DNA of 64,000 nt from a bacterium (GTDB lineage: Bacteria; Cyanobacteriota; Vampirovibrionia; Gastranaerophilales; UBA9971). The notes beneath the pieces are model-generated. The model was not told the DNA's origin and made no database searches. It was given only the letters and a program-made list of their open reading frames with translations. Within the stretch, counting starts at the first letter, position 1. Each line of letters begins with the position of its first letter. The position numbers were made by a program, and so were the translations under genes. Shown here piece after piece: positions 35,778-46,372 of this stretch. Where the stretch lies: contig JBAWVS010000007.1 in assembly GCA_037147175.1 (NCBI GenBank), forward strand, positions 3,509-67,508. Reading direction: 5' to 3'.

Positions 35778-36461
35778 ATGCTAAAAACAAAAAAACCTTT
35801 TAAACTCTTAATAAATATTTTTAAAGATAATTTTCGGCTTATAGTATTTGCTGTATGTATTTTGGCGGTGGTTGCCTTAATTTCATACCAGATGACCAGG
35901 TTTACTTTTCATGATTATGCCCCGAACCTTCTGGCAGAGATCACAGGTATGTTTTTGAGCAATATTTTCACTTTGCTTATTATTGATCAATATTACAGAA
36001 TACAAAAAGAAAAAGAATATTCAAAAACACTAAAAGAGCTTAAACATAAATTAAAATATTTGTTTCATGTTTATAAAAAGCATTTCGGATCAGTATTTGA
36101 AATTGAAAAGGCTCTCAGTAACACAGATTTTTCAAAAAAACTTTTAAATAAAATTCATTTAATTCAACAAGAAAAAGTAGATTTAAGTTCGAGCCTGGAG
36201 AAATTTGAATTTATTAATTCGTTAGAAGAAATGGGAAACATTTTACAATCAATAATTCATGTTATTAATATTTTACCGAGTGATTTTGAAATCAAAGATT
36301 TTCTTGTTTCTTTTGAAAAATTACAAACGACATTTTTGTTGTTAAAAAGGCATCTTACCAATTTAGAAGACTTAAATCATCCGATTTTTATAAATGATAT
36401 TAAGTACATAGCAGAACAATTTTTAGTAATCAGCATTAATGAAAATTTTAAAGATATATAA
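35778..36461 (+). CDS. hypothetical membrane protein, 227 aa
   Basis: Track ORF with two N-terminal hydrophobic helices. No recognised domain. Confidence 0.5.
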   Translation: MLKTKKPFKLLINIFKDNFRLIVFAVCILAVVALISYQMTRFTFHDYAPNLLAEITGMFLSNIFTLLIIDQYYRIQKEKEYSKTLKELKHKLKYLFHVYKKHFGSVFEIEKALSNTDFSKKLLNKIHLIQQEKVDLSSSLEKFEFINSLEEMGNILQSIIHVINILPSDFEIKDFLVSFEKLQTTFLLLKRHLTNLEDLNHPIFINDIKYIAEQFLVISINENFKDI

Positions 36462-36509
36462 TATGATAATATATAAAATAAATTATATTTAACTGAAAGA
36501 GGAAGAAAT

Positions 36510-37391
36510 ATGAAAGGAATAATTCTGGCAGGAGGAAAAGGAACACGGCTTTTTCCGGTAACTCAAACAGTATGCAAGCAGCTTCTTCCGGTTTACGATA
36601 AACCAATGATTTATTATCCACTTTCTGTCCTTATGCTTGCAGGAATAAAAGAAGTTTTAATCATCTCTACTCCGGAAGCAACTCCTATGTTTGAAAGTCT
36701 TCTTAAAGACGGCTCACAAATAGGAATTTCTATTTCATACAAAATTCAGCCTTCTCCTGACGGACTTGCGCAGGCCTTTATTCTTGGAGAAGACTTTATA
36801 GGCAATGATAATGTCGCACTTGTTCTTGGAGATAATATATTTTACGGTCAGGGCTTTTCCGGCATGCTTAAAAATGCAGCTCAAAGAACTGAAGGAGCTA
36901 CGGTTTTTGGCTATAAAGTAAAAGATCCACATAGATTCGGCGTTGTAGAATTTGATAAAACAGGAAAAGTCTTTTCTCTTGAAGAAAAACCTGAAAATCC
37001 CAAATCTGATTTTGCAGTAACAGGTCTATATTTTTACGATAATAAAGTTGTTGAATATGCAAAATCGTTAAAACCTTCGCCGAGAGGGGAAATAGAAATT
37101 ACTGATTTAAATAACGTTTACCTTAATAACGGGGATTTGAACGTGGAACTGCTTGGTAGAGGATTTGCCTGGCTTGATACTGGAACTCATGAATCCCTGC
37201 TTCAGGCATCGCATTACATAGAGACAATCGAAAAAAATCAGGGAGTAAAAGTTGCCTGTCTTGAAGAAATAGCATATTTAAAGGGATTTATCAACAGAGA
37301 GCAGCTTTTAAAACAGGTTGAATATTACAAAGCCAGTGATTACGGGGTTTATTTGAAAAATATTATTTCACCAGATTACGTTAATGCCTAG
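36510..37391 (+). CDS. rfbA: glucose-1-phosphate thymidylyltransferase
   Basis: [18 protein letters not shown]...[17 protein letters not shown] and ..[16 protein letters not shown]. Confidence 0.95.
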   Translation: MKGIILAGGKGTRLFPVTQTVCKQLLPVYDKPMIYYPLSVLMLAGIKEVLIISTPEATPMFESLLKDGSQIGISISYKIQPSPDGLAQAFILGEDFIGNDNVALVLGDNIFYGQGFSGMLKNAAQRTEGATVFGYKVKDPHRFGVVEFDKTGKVFSLEEKPENPKSDFAVTGLYFYDNKVVEYAKSLKPSPRGEIEITDLNNVYLNNGDLNVELLGRGFAWLDTGTHESLLQASHYIETIEKNQGVKVACLEEIAYLKGFINREQLLKQVEYYKASDYGVYLKNIISPDYVNA

Positions 37392-37990
37392 TAATACTTA
37401 CTTTTTGGCAAATTAATCCTGAAATTTGTGGCAAAAGTAACGGTTTTCCCGGGGCTTGCAAGAAAATCAATCCCGATGGGACCTTTTGAAAAGCCTAATA
37501 CAGGTACAATCAAAGGGGTTATTCCCCCGATATTGAATTCATAACGCTGATATCCGCGCATTGCCAATAATTTATAGTTTAAATCCATATTTACGCCGGC
37601 TGGCAGTTCTTTTTCAAATATTTTTCTTGTAATTCCAGCATAATATGTCTGGGAATGGTAACTGTTATTGTAAGTTCCCAATGTATATCCGTTTAAATCA
37701 ACACCCACAAGCTTATTTGATTCATTCATCTCTGCTCTGTCTTTTCGGGTATGGTAACTGAACATTAATAGATCTAAAGAATTTTGAGAGGGTACTCCTT
37801 TTACAAAGTCCCAGCTGTTTTTTAAAAATTGTTTATCTTTTAGTTTTTTATTCGTTTCAATATTTAGCTTGATAATATCAAATTTGCCGCTGCTGATACT
37901 TGTGCTATTATCTTCCGGCAGTAAATCCTTTGCGAATACAGATAATGGGTAAAATATAATTATTAATAATAAAAAAAATATTTTTTTCAT
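37388..37990 (-). CDS. outer-membrane beta-barrel protein, PagP-like (tentative)
   Basis: Signal peptide. [15 protein letters not shown] and ..[34 protein letters not shown] align by eye with E. coli PagP (..WHARF..DRYNE.. and ..[25 protein letters not shown]..). The DS catalytic pair reads NS here. Confidence 0.45.
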   Translation of the reverse strand: MKKIFFLLLIIIFYPLSVFAKDLLPEDNSTSISSGKFDIIKLNIETNKKLKDKQFLKNSWDFVKGVPSQNSLDLLMFSYHTRKDRAEMNESNKLVGVDLNGYTLGTYNNSYHSQTYYAGITRKIFEKELPAGVNMDLNYKLLAMRGYQRYEFNIGGITPLIVPVLGFSKGPIGIDFLASPGKTVTFATNFRINLPKSKYY

Positions 37991-38323
37991 TTCATCTTTA
38001 CTCTTCGTTAATCAAAATCAAATTTATTATAAGACAAAAAATTAATAAAATTTAAAAATATTTTTATTAATAAATTTAAACTTTTTATTTGATAATTTGG
38101 CATTTTCACTATATTAATAGTAATATATAAGAATAAAATCGAGTAATAATTTTAAGTAATAGATAAAAAAATCTTTATGTCTTTTTATCAATCTGAGGTA
38201 AAGTAGAATAATACCAATATTATTGAATCATGAGATGTTTAGTTTTACTTAACATAACAGTTAAATCCCCAGTTATTAAATTAAAAAATAAAGTTTACCC
38301 CAAGATTCAAGGCTTGAAATAAA

Positions 38324-39124
38324 ATGACTAAAACCATAAAAGAAATAATTGATGGTACCACAGGGATTCCTTCTATGCCACAGGTTGTGTCGGAATCACT
38401 TAACTTAATTGAAAACCCGAATTCAAGCATAAAACAGCTGGGGAACATCATTTCTAAAGACATAGCTATTACTACACAGCTATTAAAGCTTGTAAATTCA
38501 GCATATTATGGTTTTCCTACCCAAATAACAACTATTGATAAAGCTATGGCTCTTTTGGGTTTTACTACTATCAGAAGTATAGTGCTTAGCGTGGGATTAA
38601 AACCCATGTTGATGACAAACAGCGGGAAATTGTTATGGGAACATTCCATAAGGACTGCTGTAGCCTGCCAAATGTTAAGCAAAAGTCTTGGTGGTGTTGA
38701 TCCTGATGAAGCTTTCGTCATGGGATTACTTCATGATGTCGGAAAAGCCGTTATGGAAGGTGCTAACAAAGATGCAATAAAAGAAATAACAAGGCTTACC
38801 AGTCTTGGTGCAGATATATTACAGGCTGAAAAAATGTTTTTTGGTTTCACTCATACAGAATTAGGCAGAGAACTTGTTGTAAGATGGAAATTACCACAAA
38901 TTATAGGTACAGCCATCAGGTACCACCATAATCCTCTGGCATCAGAAAACAAAGCCCATTCATGTCTTGTATATGTTGCTGACAGAATTTGCAGAGAACC
39001 GCTTAAATATCCTATATTAGACCCTGATATAATTGACTCATTCGATTTCGAAATACAAGATCCAATGGAATTAAGAGAAAAAGTTTTTGAAGCTGCTAAT
39101 CACATTATAACAGCTCTTTCATAA
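38324..39124 (+). CDS. HDOD-domain signalling protein
   Basis: IPSMPQVVSESLNLIENPNSSIKQLGNIISKDIAITTQLLKLVNSAYYG and GLLHDVGK. Confidence 0.85.
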   Translation: MTKTIKEIIDGTTGIPSMPQVVSESLNLIENPNSSIKQLGNIISKDIAITTQLLKLVNSAYYGFPTQITTIDKAMALLGFTTIRSIVLSVGLKPMLMTNSGKLLWEHSIRTAVACQMLSKSLGGVDPDEAFVMGLLHDVGKAVMEGANKDAIKEITRLTSLGADILQAEKMFFGFTHTELGRELVVRWKLPQIIGTAIRYHHNPLASENKAHSCLVYVADRICREPLKYPILDPDIIDSFDFEIQDPMELREKVFEAANHIITALS

Positions 39125-39166
39125 GTCCAGTTCTTTAGAAAAACACTATAATTTTTCGGAATAATT

Positions 39167-42100
39167 TTATAAATCAGGTGTGAGAATATCTTTTATGTCA
39201 TCAAAAGTGATTGTTTTACCGACATTTCTGTCTGTAGAAATGACGCTGTCCAGCAAATCTTTCTTTCTTTCCTTGAGTTTCATAATTTTTTCTTCAACAG
39301 AGCCTTTGGTTATAAGCCTATAAACAAAAACATTCTTGGTTTGACCGATTCTATGGGCTCTGTCGGTAGCTTGATCTTCAACAGCCGGATTCCACCATGG
39401 ATCATAATGAATTACATAATCTGCTCCGGTAAGGTTTAATCCTGTACCGCCTGCTTTTAAGCTGATTAAAAATACAGGAATTGCGGGATTATTATTGAAA
39501 TTATTAACTACGGTCTGTCTATCTTTTGTTGATCCTGTAAGATATTCGTATTTAATACCTGTTTTATCAAACCAGTCTTTAACAATATCTAACATCTGCA
39601 CAAATTGGCTGAATAAAAGGACTCTGTGACCTTCGCTGATGATTTCTTCAAGCATTTCTTTGAGATGTTCGAACTTTCCTGACTCGATAGCACCCATTTT
39701 TCCTTCTTTATCGTAAAGCCTCGGGTGACAACACACCTGACGTAAGCGTAAAAGGGCTGAAAATACTGACATTTTACTCTTTTCAAAACCGTCCGCATTA
39801 ACCTTATCAAATATTTCCTGTCTTGTACTATCAAGCACATCAAGATAAAAATCTTTTTGCTCAGGTGTCATTTTACAGTAAGCGATGTTTTCAATTTTAT
39901 CAGGAAGATCTTTTGCAATATCTCTTTTCATACGCCTTAATATAAAAGGATAAACTTGCTTTTTAAGGCGATGTTCAACGGTTCTGTCACCTTTTTCTTG
40001 AATTGGTACGGCATACCTGTAATTAAATTCGTTTATGTCATACATAAAGCCCGGCATGAGAAAATCAAATGCAGACCACAATTCTGAAAGTCTATTTTCT
40101 ATAGGTGTACCTGACAAAGCCAATTTATGAGAAGCTTTTAGCAATTTTGCAGACTGGGCAGTAAGTGATTCGTAATTTTTAATGTTTTGGGATTCATCAA
40201 GGATAATTGACCTGAATTCAATATGTTTAAGTTGGTCTATATCCCTTCTTAAAAGAGCATAACTGGTAATTACTATGTCATAATCGTTTATATGCTTGAA
40301 TAATCCTTTTCTTGTTGCTCCCGTCAAGTTCAAACACTTTAATCCGGGAGTAAATTTATCGATTTCTGCTTCCCAGTTAAACACGACAGATGTTGGACAA
40401 ATTACTAAGCTTGCAGCACTTCCGTCTGTTTCTTTCGCTTTTTGAATGAGTGTCAAAGCCTGTAATGTTTTTCCAAGCCCCATATCATCTGCTAGTATGC
40501 CGTTTAAGCCATAAGTATATAAAAACCACAACCAGTTAAATCCTTTTTTCTGGTAATCTCTAAATTCGGCTTTAATTCCTTCAGGCAGCGGGATTTCTTC
40601 CATTGAATTAAAAGAGCTGATTTTATCCCAGAATGTCGCAAATTTTTTGCTCATTTTAATAACAGTTTCCTGCTCGGTTAATTCGGCTATAATCCCTGCA
40701 CGGAAGGTCTTAACTTCATATTTGCCTTCAATTGTTTTAACCGCATCAACCGTAGAAAGACTTTTATTGATTGTCTGGATTTTGCTTGTCGGTATTTCTA
40801 TATTGCCTTTTGATTCAAGATAAAAATATTTTCTTCCTTGCTGAAAATACTGGTATATTTCATCAAATTCAATACGTTTTTTCCCAACAGTGCAGTATAA
40901 TTCAATTTCAAATGAATCAGCACTTTTGCAAAAATCAATCTTTGCATTAAATATAAGTGAACTTTCAGATATTTTATATTCAGAAAGATCTTCTTTTTCA
41001 ATTACCTTCCAGTTTTCACCTGCATTTGGGAGTAAATAGCTGAAAAAATCAATGGCATTATCTCCGTCTATAGCAAGGTTATTAGTTTGCATTGGAGCAA
41101 ATCTGCTCTGCAAAAGCTGTTTATAAGCCTGTTCTTCCAGTTCAAGATTTCTTTTTACCCAGTAAATAATATTTTCTTCAGGTTTTTTTACAGTTACGTA
41201 AGGAGTTTTTTCAGCAAGTTTTCCGTAAGGAACTATAGTTCCGTCATATTCAAACTCAAGAGTGGCTTTAATATTATTCTCATCTGACTTTTCCAGAGTA
41301 ATAACATTTATCGGCACTGTATGAAGAAGATCAAGGTTATCCAGAGTATCATAAACTTCCACAGTCATAAGTTTTTTAAGGTTTGGAAGTTCTTCATAAA
41401 CGAATTGTCCTCCGTCAGCATCTCTTATATCTGTAAAAGTCGACTTTGTAAGATGGTGAGGAAGTCGGGAAAGAGCTGTATCTAGCGGAAATATTACGCT
41501 TTTGTATTTGCCCCATTTTATTGATTTAGAAAAATAAAAAATTTCTTCAAGCGGTAATTCATCATCAGGCTTAGACCTTTGCCAGTGAAGTGCCAGCAAA
41601 ACATTGCCCACTATTGAAACATTGACTTTTAACACAAGTTTTAGCGGAACAGATGAAAAAACAAGCCTTTTTTGCGTTTCGCTGTCTGATATTTCTTCTA
41701 CCTGCGCAAGAAATTGCATTAAATTATCAATTTTACTCATTGGAATATTAAACCATACGACATTTTTGTTAATATTTGCATTTTGATAAAGATATTGCAT
41801 CAAAGCCAGTTCGCGTTTCTGCACATCAGTGAGTTCAAATGCTGTCCCTGCTGCTTTTTGCATAGCAACTATTGCTCTTAATACAGGTTCTATATTTGTT
41901 ACTGTTTTGTTCTCATTGCTCCTGTCAAGAACTTGAACTCCAATAAATTTAGGGTTCGGTCTTGTGTTAAGCACAAATTTATAACTCCCTTGCGGATTTA
42001 AAATTTCAGGAGGAGTCTCATCTTCAAAAATAAATTCCTGCCCTGTTTGTTCAGTAACGAAAGTCTCAAAAAAATGTTTTTTTATGCTATAAAGTCCTAC

Positions 42101-42352
42101 GCATACAGCATGTTTGCACCATTCTTCTTCGAGAGGGCACGAGCATTCAGCCGTTACTTTTTCTTGAGAAAAATGCAGTTTAATCTCGTAACTATCCTGA
42201 AAAGACCCTTTTACTTTTGCGGTTAAAATCTCATTTTCAAGTTTTGAACCTAAAACCATTTTTTTCTTGTAATAATCATATCCTCTTCGCCAGCTGCCCG
42301 GTGCTGCGAGGTCTTTTATATATTTAAAGTTGAAATTAATCAATACAGACAA
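39167..42352 (-). CDS. SNF2-family helicase with an N-terminal SWIM zinc finger
   Basis: SWIM: CSCPLEEEWCKHAV. SNF2: ILADDMGLGKTLQAL, IILDESQNIKN, ALSGTPIENRLSELW and SLKAGGTGLNLTGADYVIHYDPWWNPAVEDQATDRAHRIGQ. Confidence 0.9.
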   Translation of the reverse strand: MSVLINFNFKYIKDLAAPGSWRRGYDYYKKKMVLGSKLENEILTAKVKGSFQDSYEIKLHFSQEKVTAECSCPLEEEWCKHAVCVGLYSIKKHFFETFVTEQTGQEFIFEDETPPEILNPQGSYKFVLNTRPNPKFIGVQVLDRSNENKTVTNIEPVLRAIVAMQKAAGTAFELTDVQKRELALMQYLYQNANINKNVVWFNIPMSKIDNLMQFLAQVEEISDSETQKRLVFSSVPLKLVLKVNVSIVGNVLLALHWQRSKPDDELPLEEIFYFSKSIKWGKYKSVIFPLDTALSRLPHHLTKSTFTDIRDADGGQFVYEELPNLKKLMTVEVYDTLDNLDLLHTVPINVITLEKSDENNIKATLEFEYDGTIVPYGKLAEKTPYVTVKKPEENIIYWVKRNLELEEQAYKQLLQSRFAPMQTNNLAIDGDNAIDFFSYLLPNAGENWKVIEKEDLSEYKISESSLIFNAKIDFCKSADSFEIELYCTVGKKRIEFDEIYQYFQQGRKYFYLESKGNIEIPTSKIQTINKSLSTVDAVKTIEGKYEVKTFRAGIIAELTEQETVIKMSKKFATFWDKISSFNSMEEIPLPEGIKAEFRDYQKKGFNWLWFLYTYGLNGILADDMGLGKTLQALTLIQKAKETDGSAASLVICPTSVVFNWEAEIDKFTPGLKCLNLTGATRKGLFKHINDYDIVITSYALLRRDIDQLKHIEFRSIILDESQNIKNYESLTAQSAKLLKASHKLALSGTPIENRLSELWSAFDFLMPGFMYDINEFNYRYAVPIQEKGDRTVEHRLKKQVYPFILRRMKRDIAKDLPDKIENIAYCKMTPEQKDFYLDVLDSTRQEIFDKVNADGFEKSKMSVFSALLRLRQVCCHPRLYDKEGKMGAIESGKFEHLKEMLEEIISEGHRVLLFSQFVQMLDIVKDWFDKTGIKYEYLTGSTKDRQTVVNNFNNNPAIPVFLISLKAGGTGLNLTGADYVIHYDPWWNPAVEDQATDRAHRIGQTKNVFVYRLITKGSVEEKIMKLKERKKDLLDSVISTDRNVGKTITFDDIKDILTPDL

Positions 42353-42403
42353 ACTCCAGTGATAATCTATACTCCGAAAATTAGAGATAATTGTATTTCT
42401 TAC

Positions 42404-42547
42404 TAATTAACTCGAATTGCTAATTAAATTTATGCGTGATTGAGAGGAGAGGATTTAGACTCTACGAGGCAATCCATTTTATTTTTAATGATTGCTTCGA
42501 TTTGCTCGCAGTGACGATTTTAGCGATTTTGCAATTCGAGTTAATTA
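42404..42547. repeat. 144-bp element bounded by perfect 17-bp terminal inverted repeats (MITE-like or a long structured leader)
   Basis: TAATTAACTCGAATTGC (42404-42420) and GCAATTCGAGTTAATTA (42531-42547). Internal hairpin GAGGCAATC..GATTGCTTC and three CGATTT words. Confidence 0.75.
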
Positions 42548-42680
42548 TACATCAAATTCGCAATTTTGGCATAATCAAGAGGATCATGAATATTAAGATT
42601 TGTTTTTAAAATATTCTTCAACTGTCAATTTTTTTTCAGGAGTTTTTATCTAAGTGTTGGTTTATAAAATCCTTAATAAG

Positions 42681-42836
42681 ATGAGTAAAATGCAAATAAA
42701 TTCTTTTAACAAAAATCAAATTTCATTTACAGGTGTTACAAATACAACTGAAAAACCTATTAGAGATAGAATCAATATCTGGCAGAAAGCTGTATATCTA
42801 TGGGGAAATTTTTTGCAGAAGCTGATAAATCTCTAA
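42681..42836 (+). CDS. small hypothetical protein (doubtful)
   Basis: Track ORF trimmed to MSKMQINSFNKNQISFTGV... There is no convincing SD. It is kept only because of the shared N-terminal SFG-type motif. Confidence 0.3.
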   Translation: MSKMQINSFNKNQISFTGVTNTTEKPIRDRINIWQKAVYLWGNFLQKLINL

Positions 42837-42855
42837 AATAAAAAAATATTCTCAA

Positions 42856-43776
42856 TCAAAGTTTAACATCTCTGGTAAAAAGTCCTATGCTTTTTACCAG
42901 TTTGCTTTTTTTATCTACAATCAATACGAAATTTGTATAATCATACAATTCGTAAAACGAATCTATATTTTCTTTTTTATATTGTTTTTTAATAATTTTT
43001 AAACACTCCGCAAGCGGTAAATTTTTAGGAATCAAGTTGACCCAGGTTAATAATCCGCTTTCGAACTTTAAAATAGCTTTGTCATAGTAATAACCAGCAT
43101 TTCCTAATTCGTTCGACAAAACATAAATAGAATTTGTTTCAGAATTATCATCTTGATACGGTATTATATTGGGGTATTCACTTGTAAAATCTCTTTCAAG
43201 AGTTGTTCCAGGTTCAATATTCTTAAATTTTTCAAAAAATTTCTGCCTCATTGAAGGAATAATAATCTTTTTTGAATTTTCATCTGTTGAAGAAAATGGA
43301 GACTTATTAAAATAAGTTATACTTTTAGCATTTTTACTTATTTTGTCTGAAGAAATATTGAAAAAATCATAATTATAATAATCCAAATCTTGATTATCAG
43401 TAACATTTATATCTGTAGAATTTCCGTATATTGACACAAATCTTGAGATTTTTATATTATGAGCAAGATTAAACTCTATCCAATCCAGTTTGTTATTTTT
43501 AAAGCCAACTCTAATTGAGCTATAAACATCACCCGAACAAGGTTTTAACTTCATTATAGTAATGCCGCCTGTGTATACCTCCAAATCAGAGTCGTTAATT
43601 TTTGAAAATATTTTTTTAAATTCTTTGAGTGTTGTATGTCCGTATTCAATTTTTTCAGGAGAATATTTTTTTAAATTTTGCAACTCAGGCAGTTTATCAG
43701 GAAAAACGCAAGCCGAGCTGAAAATTATAATAAGTATTAAAAAAATTATAAGAAGTAGTTTATTTATTCTATTCAT
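42856..43776 (-). CDS. hypothetical lipoprotein
   Basis: Signal peptide with lipobox ..IIIFSSAC. Confidence 0.65.
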   Translation of the reverse strand: MNRINKLLLIIFLILIIIFSSACVFPDKLPELQNLKKYSPEKIEYGHTTLKEFKKIFSKINDSDLEVYTGGITIMKLKPCSGDVYSSIRVGFKNNKLDWIEFNLAHNIKISRFVSIYGNSTDINVTDNQDLDYYNYDFFNISSDKISKNAKSITYFNKSPFSSTDENSKKIIIPSMRQKFFEKFKNIEPGTTLERDFTSEYPNIIPYQDDNSETNSIYVLSNELGNAGYYYDKAILKFESGLLTWVNLIPKNLPLAECLKIIKKQYKKENIDSFYELYDYTNFVLIVDKKSKLVKSIGLFTRDVKL

Positions 43777-44077
43777 TTTTTTACACCGATTAGCGATACA
43801 AATTTCCTTATTTTATTTTATAAAAAATATTTGAATTTTTTTACCGCCATAAAGATGAACTCTAACGATATTTGCAATATCTAATACTTTTGACCTAGTT
43901 ATGTTAAGAAATATATAATTCAATATTTTCTTTTTATTTCTGTTTGTTACTTATGTTTAAAAAAAAATTTTTAAATGTAATGTAAATTTTTACTCTTGAG
44001 ATTACTTAAATGAAACAAGATGATTAAAAAATAAATTATATGTAAATAGATTGTATTATAGAACAGGTGGTTGAATT

Positions 44078-44455
44078 ATGAATGTAAGTAGCATAAAAAA
44101 TAGCAATTTAGCCTTTGGCTCCTTTGGCGTTGTTGTACAAAATTTACAGGACGAAAATAAAACATTCGGGATACTTAAACAAAGTATTAATGAATCAAAT
44201 CCGGAAACAAGAATAACTCTACATAAAACTAAATTATTTCCGGGATTTAACAGTGAACCCAGATATTCAATATATGAAGTAACCGGACGGAATATGGAGA
44301 TGGAACAGCGTTTGCTTGATACTTTTAAAACTTCAGGACTAAGAGTTATACCTACAGAGGTTTCTCCCGAAACAAGGGCGGCAGAAGGCTTAAAAAATCT
44401 TACAAATGCCGCTAAAGTTCAAGAAGAAATTGTAAAATTAGATATAAATGCTTAA
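44078..44455 (+). CDS. hypothetical protein, 125 aa
   Basis: Track ORF with SD AGGTGG upstream. No domain recognised. Confidence 0.5.
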   Translation: MNVSSIKNSNLAFGSFGVVVQNLQDENKTFGILKQSINESNPETRITLHKTKLFPGFNSEPRYSIYEVTGRNMEMEQRLLDTFKTSGLRVIPTEVSPETRAAEGLKNLTNAAKVQEEIVKLDINA

Positions 44456-44491
44456 ACTCTATATCTAAATTTAAAATGGGGGTATAAAAAT

Positions 44492-44953
44492 ATGAAATTA
44501 TCAAGTGATGTTTTTGAAAATAACAAAACTATTCCTTCTAAATACACTTGTGACGGTGAAGATATTTCTCCGCCATTAAAAATAGAAGACGTTCCTGAAA
44601 CAGCGAAAAGTCTCGCTCTGATTTGTGATGATCCTGACGCAACGATAGGAACTTTTGTCCATTGGGTAATCTATAATATCCCTGCAGGCACAAAAAAAAT
44701 TAAAGAAAACATTCCGAAAACAAAAAAACTCGCAGACGGAAGCCAACAAGGTATAACTGATTTTGGAAGTGTAAGTTTCGGTTATGGAGGACCTTGCCCG
44801 CCATCAGGAACCCACAGGTATTTTTTCAAACTTTATGCACTCGATAAATCACTAATTTTTGAGTCTGCTGCAACTAAGTCTCAATTAGAAACAGCTATGC
44901 AAGGGCATATTATTGAAGAATCAAATTTAATAGGACTTTATAAACGCAAATAA
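44492..44953 (+). CDS. YbhB/YbcL (PEBP, Raf-kinase-inhibitor-like) family protein
   Basis: ..ISPPL.., CDDPDA..G.FVHWV and GYGGPCPPSGTHRYFFKLYALD. Confidence 0.9.
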   Translation: MKLSSDVFENNKTIPSKYTCDGEDISPPLKIEDVPETAKSLALICDDPDATIGTFVHWVIYNIPAGTKKIKENIPKTKKLADGSQQGITDFGSVSFGYGGPCPPSGTHRYFFKLYALDKSLIFESAATKSQLETAMQGHIIEESNLIGLYKRK

Positions 44954-44954
44954 A

Positions 44955-45302
44955 TTATGCCCAGTCTTCCGCATAAAATTTATCTATTTCAATTATTTTG
45001 CCTTCTTTATCACCTTTTATATAAAGTTCTATAAATTCTAGTATTTTTTCACCCGGAATTTTATAATTATATATAAAAGGATGCATTCCCTGACTTATCA
45101 GGACTTTTACTATGTAATAGCATTCATTTGCACTTTTAATAAGATTTTCTTCATCAAAATGCTTGCCATTTAAATCCGATTTCATACAAACAAAAAAATA
45201 TCCGTCTTTGCATCTGTTAATATTTTCATCGTTACAAACAGGTGTACTTTTTTTATTTTTAGCAAAAATATCTATAACTTTTTTATTAATTTTGTCTGTC
45301 AT
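44955..45302 (-). CDS. hypothetical protein, 115 aa
   Basis: Track ORF. No domain recognised. Confidence 0.5.
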   Translation of the reverse strand: MTDKINKKVIDIFAKNKKSTPVCNDENINRCKDGYFFVCMKSDLNGKHFDEENLIKSANECYYIVKVLISQGMHPFIYNYKIPGEKILEFIELYIKGDKEGKIIEIDKFYAEDWA

Positions 45303-45621
45303 CTTAGTTGCACCGATTGTTATTAATTAATATATTTTTCATTCTATATCATTATTTTACAAATGTATAATTTGTAAATTTTTTTTTACTTATCCGAAAA
45401 TTAATTAAATCGCCATCCTTAAAAAATAAACATTTGCGGATTCTTCACTAATATTTAGTAGCTAATCTAAAGATTTATATCTTTTTGGTAATAATAAATT
45501 TATATATTAGTAAAAAAAATTAGTAATCATGGTAATGAATCTAATCAATTTAAATTTAATAATTCCTAAAGTAATAGTGTAATAGAAATTATTTTAAAGA
45601 AAATAACCATGAGGAAGGGGA

Positions 45622-46125
45622 ATGATAAATAACGCAAAAACTATCGTATCTGGGACATTCAAATCAGAAAAAGATTTATCATTGGCAATAAATTGGCTAG
45701 ATGAGAACGGAATTGCAAAAGAAGATATAAATGTCTTAATTTCTGATAATTGTCCGGATAAAAATTTTAAAATAAAAACCTTAAATAAAGTTCCTGAAAT
45801 AACAGTTAGGGGTTTAACTACAGGAACTATAACAGGTGCAATTTTAGGAAGTTTGTCTTTTGTGGGGATTATAATTGTTCCTGCAATAGGTATAGCGATA
45901 GCAGGGCCTGTAATAGGATTATCAACAGGAATTGCTATAGGAGCAGTTTCAGGCAGCGTTATAGGAGCTTTTGTCGGAATGACAATTCCAAAGTATGAAG
46001 CTGTATTCTTTGATGAAAAAACTGACAAAAGTATTCTTTTAGTTACAAAAGCGGATAAATCTTTGAAAAACATAATAAAAAGGAAATTTAGCGACCTTGG
46101 CGCAACAAATACAGCTACACAGTAG
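45622..46125 (+). CDS. YflT/general-stress-type protein with a glycine-zipper membrane segment
   Basis: SD GAGGAAGGGGA. N-terminus VSGTFKSEKDLSLAINWLDENGIAKEDINVL, then a Gly-zipper GAILGSLSFVG..IGIAIAGPVIGLSTGIAIGAVSGSVIGAFVG. Confidence 0.6.
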   Translation: MINNAKTIVSGTFKSEKDLSLAINWLDENGIAKEDINVLISDNCPDKNFKIKTLNKVPEITVRGLTTGTITGAILGSLSFVGIIIVPAIGIAIAGPVIGLSTGIAIGAVSGSVIGAFVGMTIPKYEAVFFDEKTDKSILLVTKADKSLKNIIKRKFSDLGATNTATQ

Positions 46126-46372
46126 TTATCAAGGGGAATCAGATATCTATAAGTATAAGCTTTTAGATTTTATATTAAGGAGATAAAAAATTATGCATTT
46201 TAAGCAAAGTAATCAATAAGTATTAGCAAATATAAACAAGGAGGTATCTATAGATATAGAATTTATTTTACGTAAAAGAATTTAAATACATGTTTATCAG
46301 AACTTATTAATCCCGAAAATATCGGGAAAGGTAAAATCATTATCTTTATTAAATTTGTTAAGGAGGAAAGAA

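Noticed and set aside
45357-45379. Perfect 9-bp inverted repeat TTTACAAAT-GTATA-ATTTGTAAA containing a TATAAT, in the 44955/45622 divergent region.
   Set aside because: It is plausibly a promoter-overlapping operator. But a 9-bp A/T palindrome in DNA this AT-rich is weak evidence, so it is not promoted to a finding.
45594-46073. 159-aa minus-strand ORF fully antisense to 45622..46125.
   Set aside because: It is a low-complexity mirror of the glycine-zipper region. The plus-strand frame has a strong SD and a recognisable YflT-like N-terminal domain.
46355-46372. TTG start for the SLH protein, as given in the track.
   Set aside because: The TTG lies inside the SD (TTGTTAAGGAGG). The ATG at 46373 has ideal SD spacing and yields a standard signal peptide.
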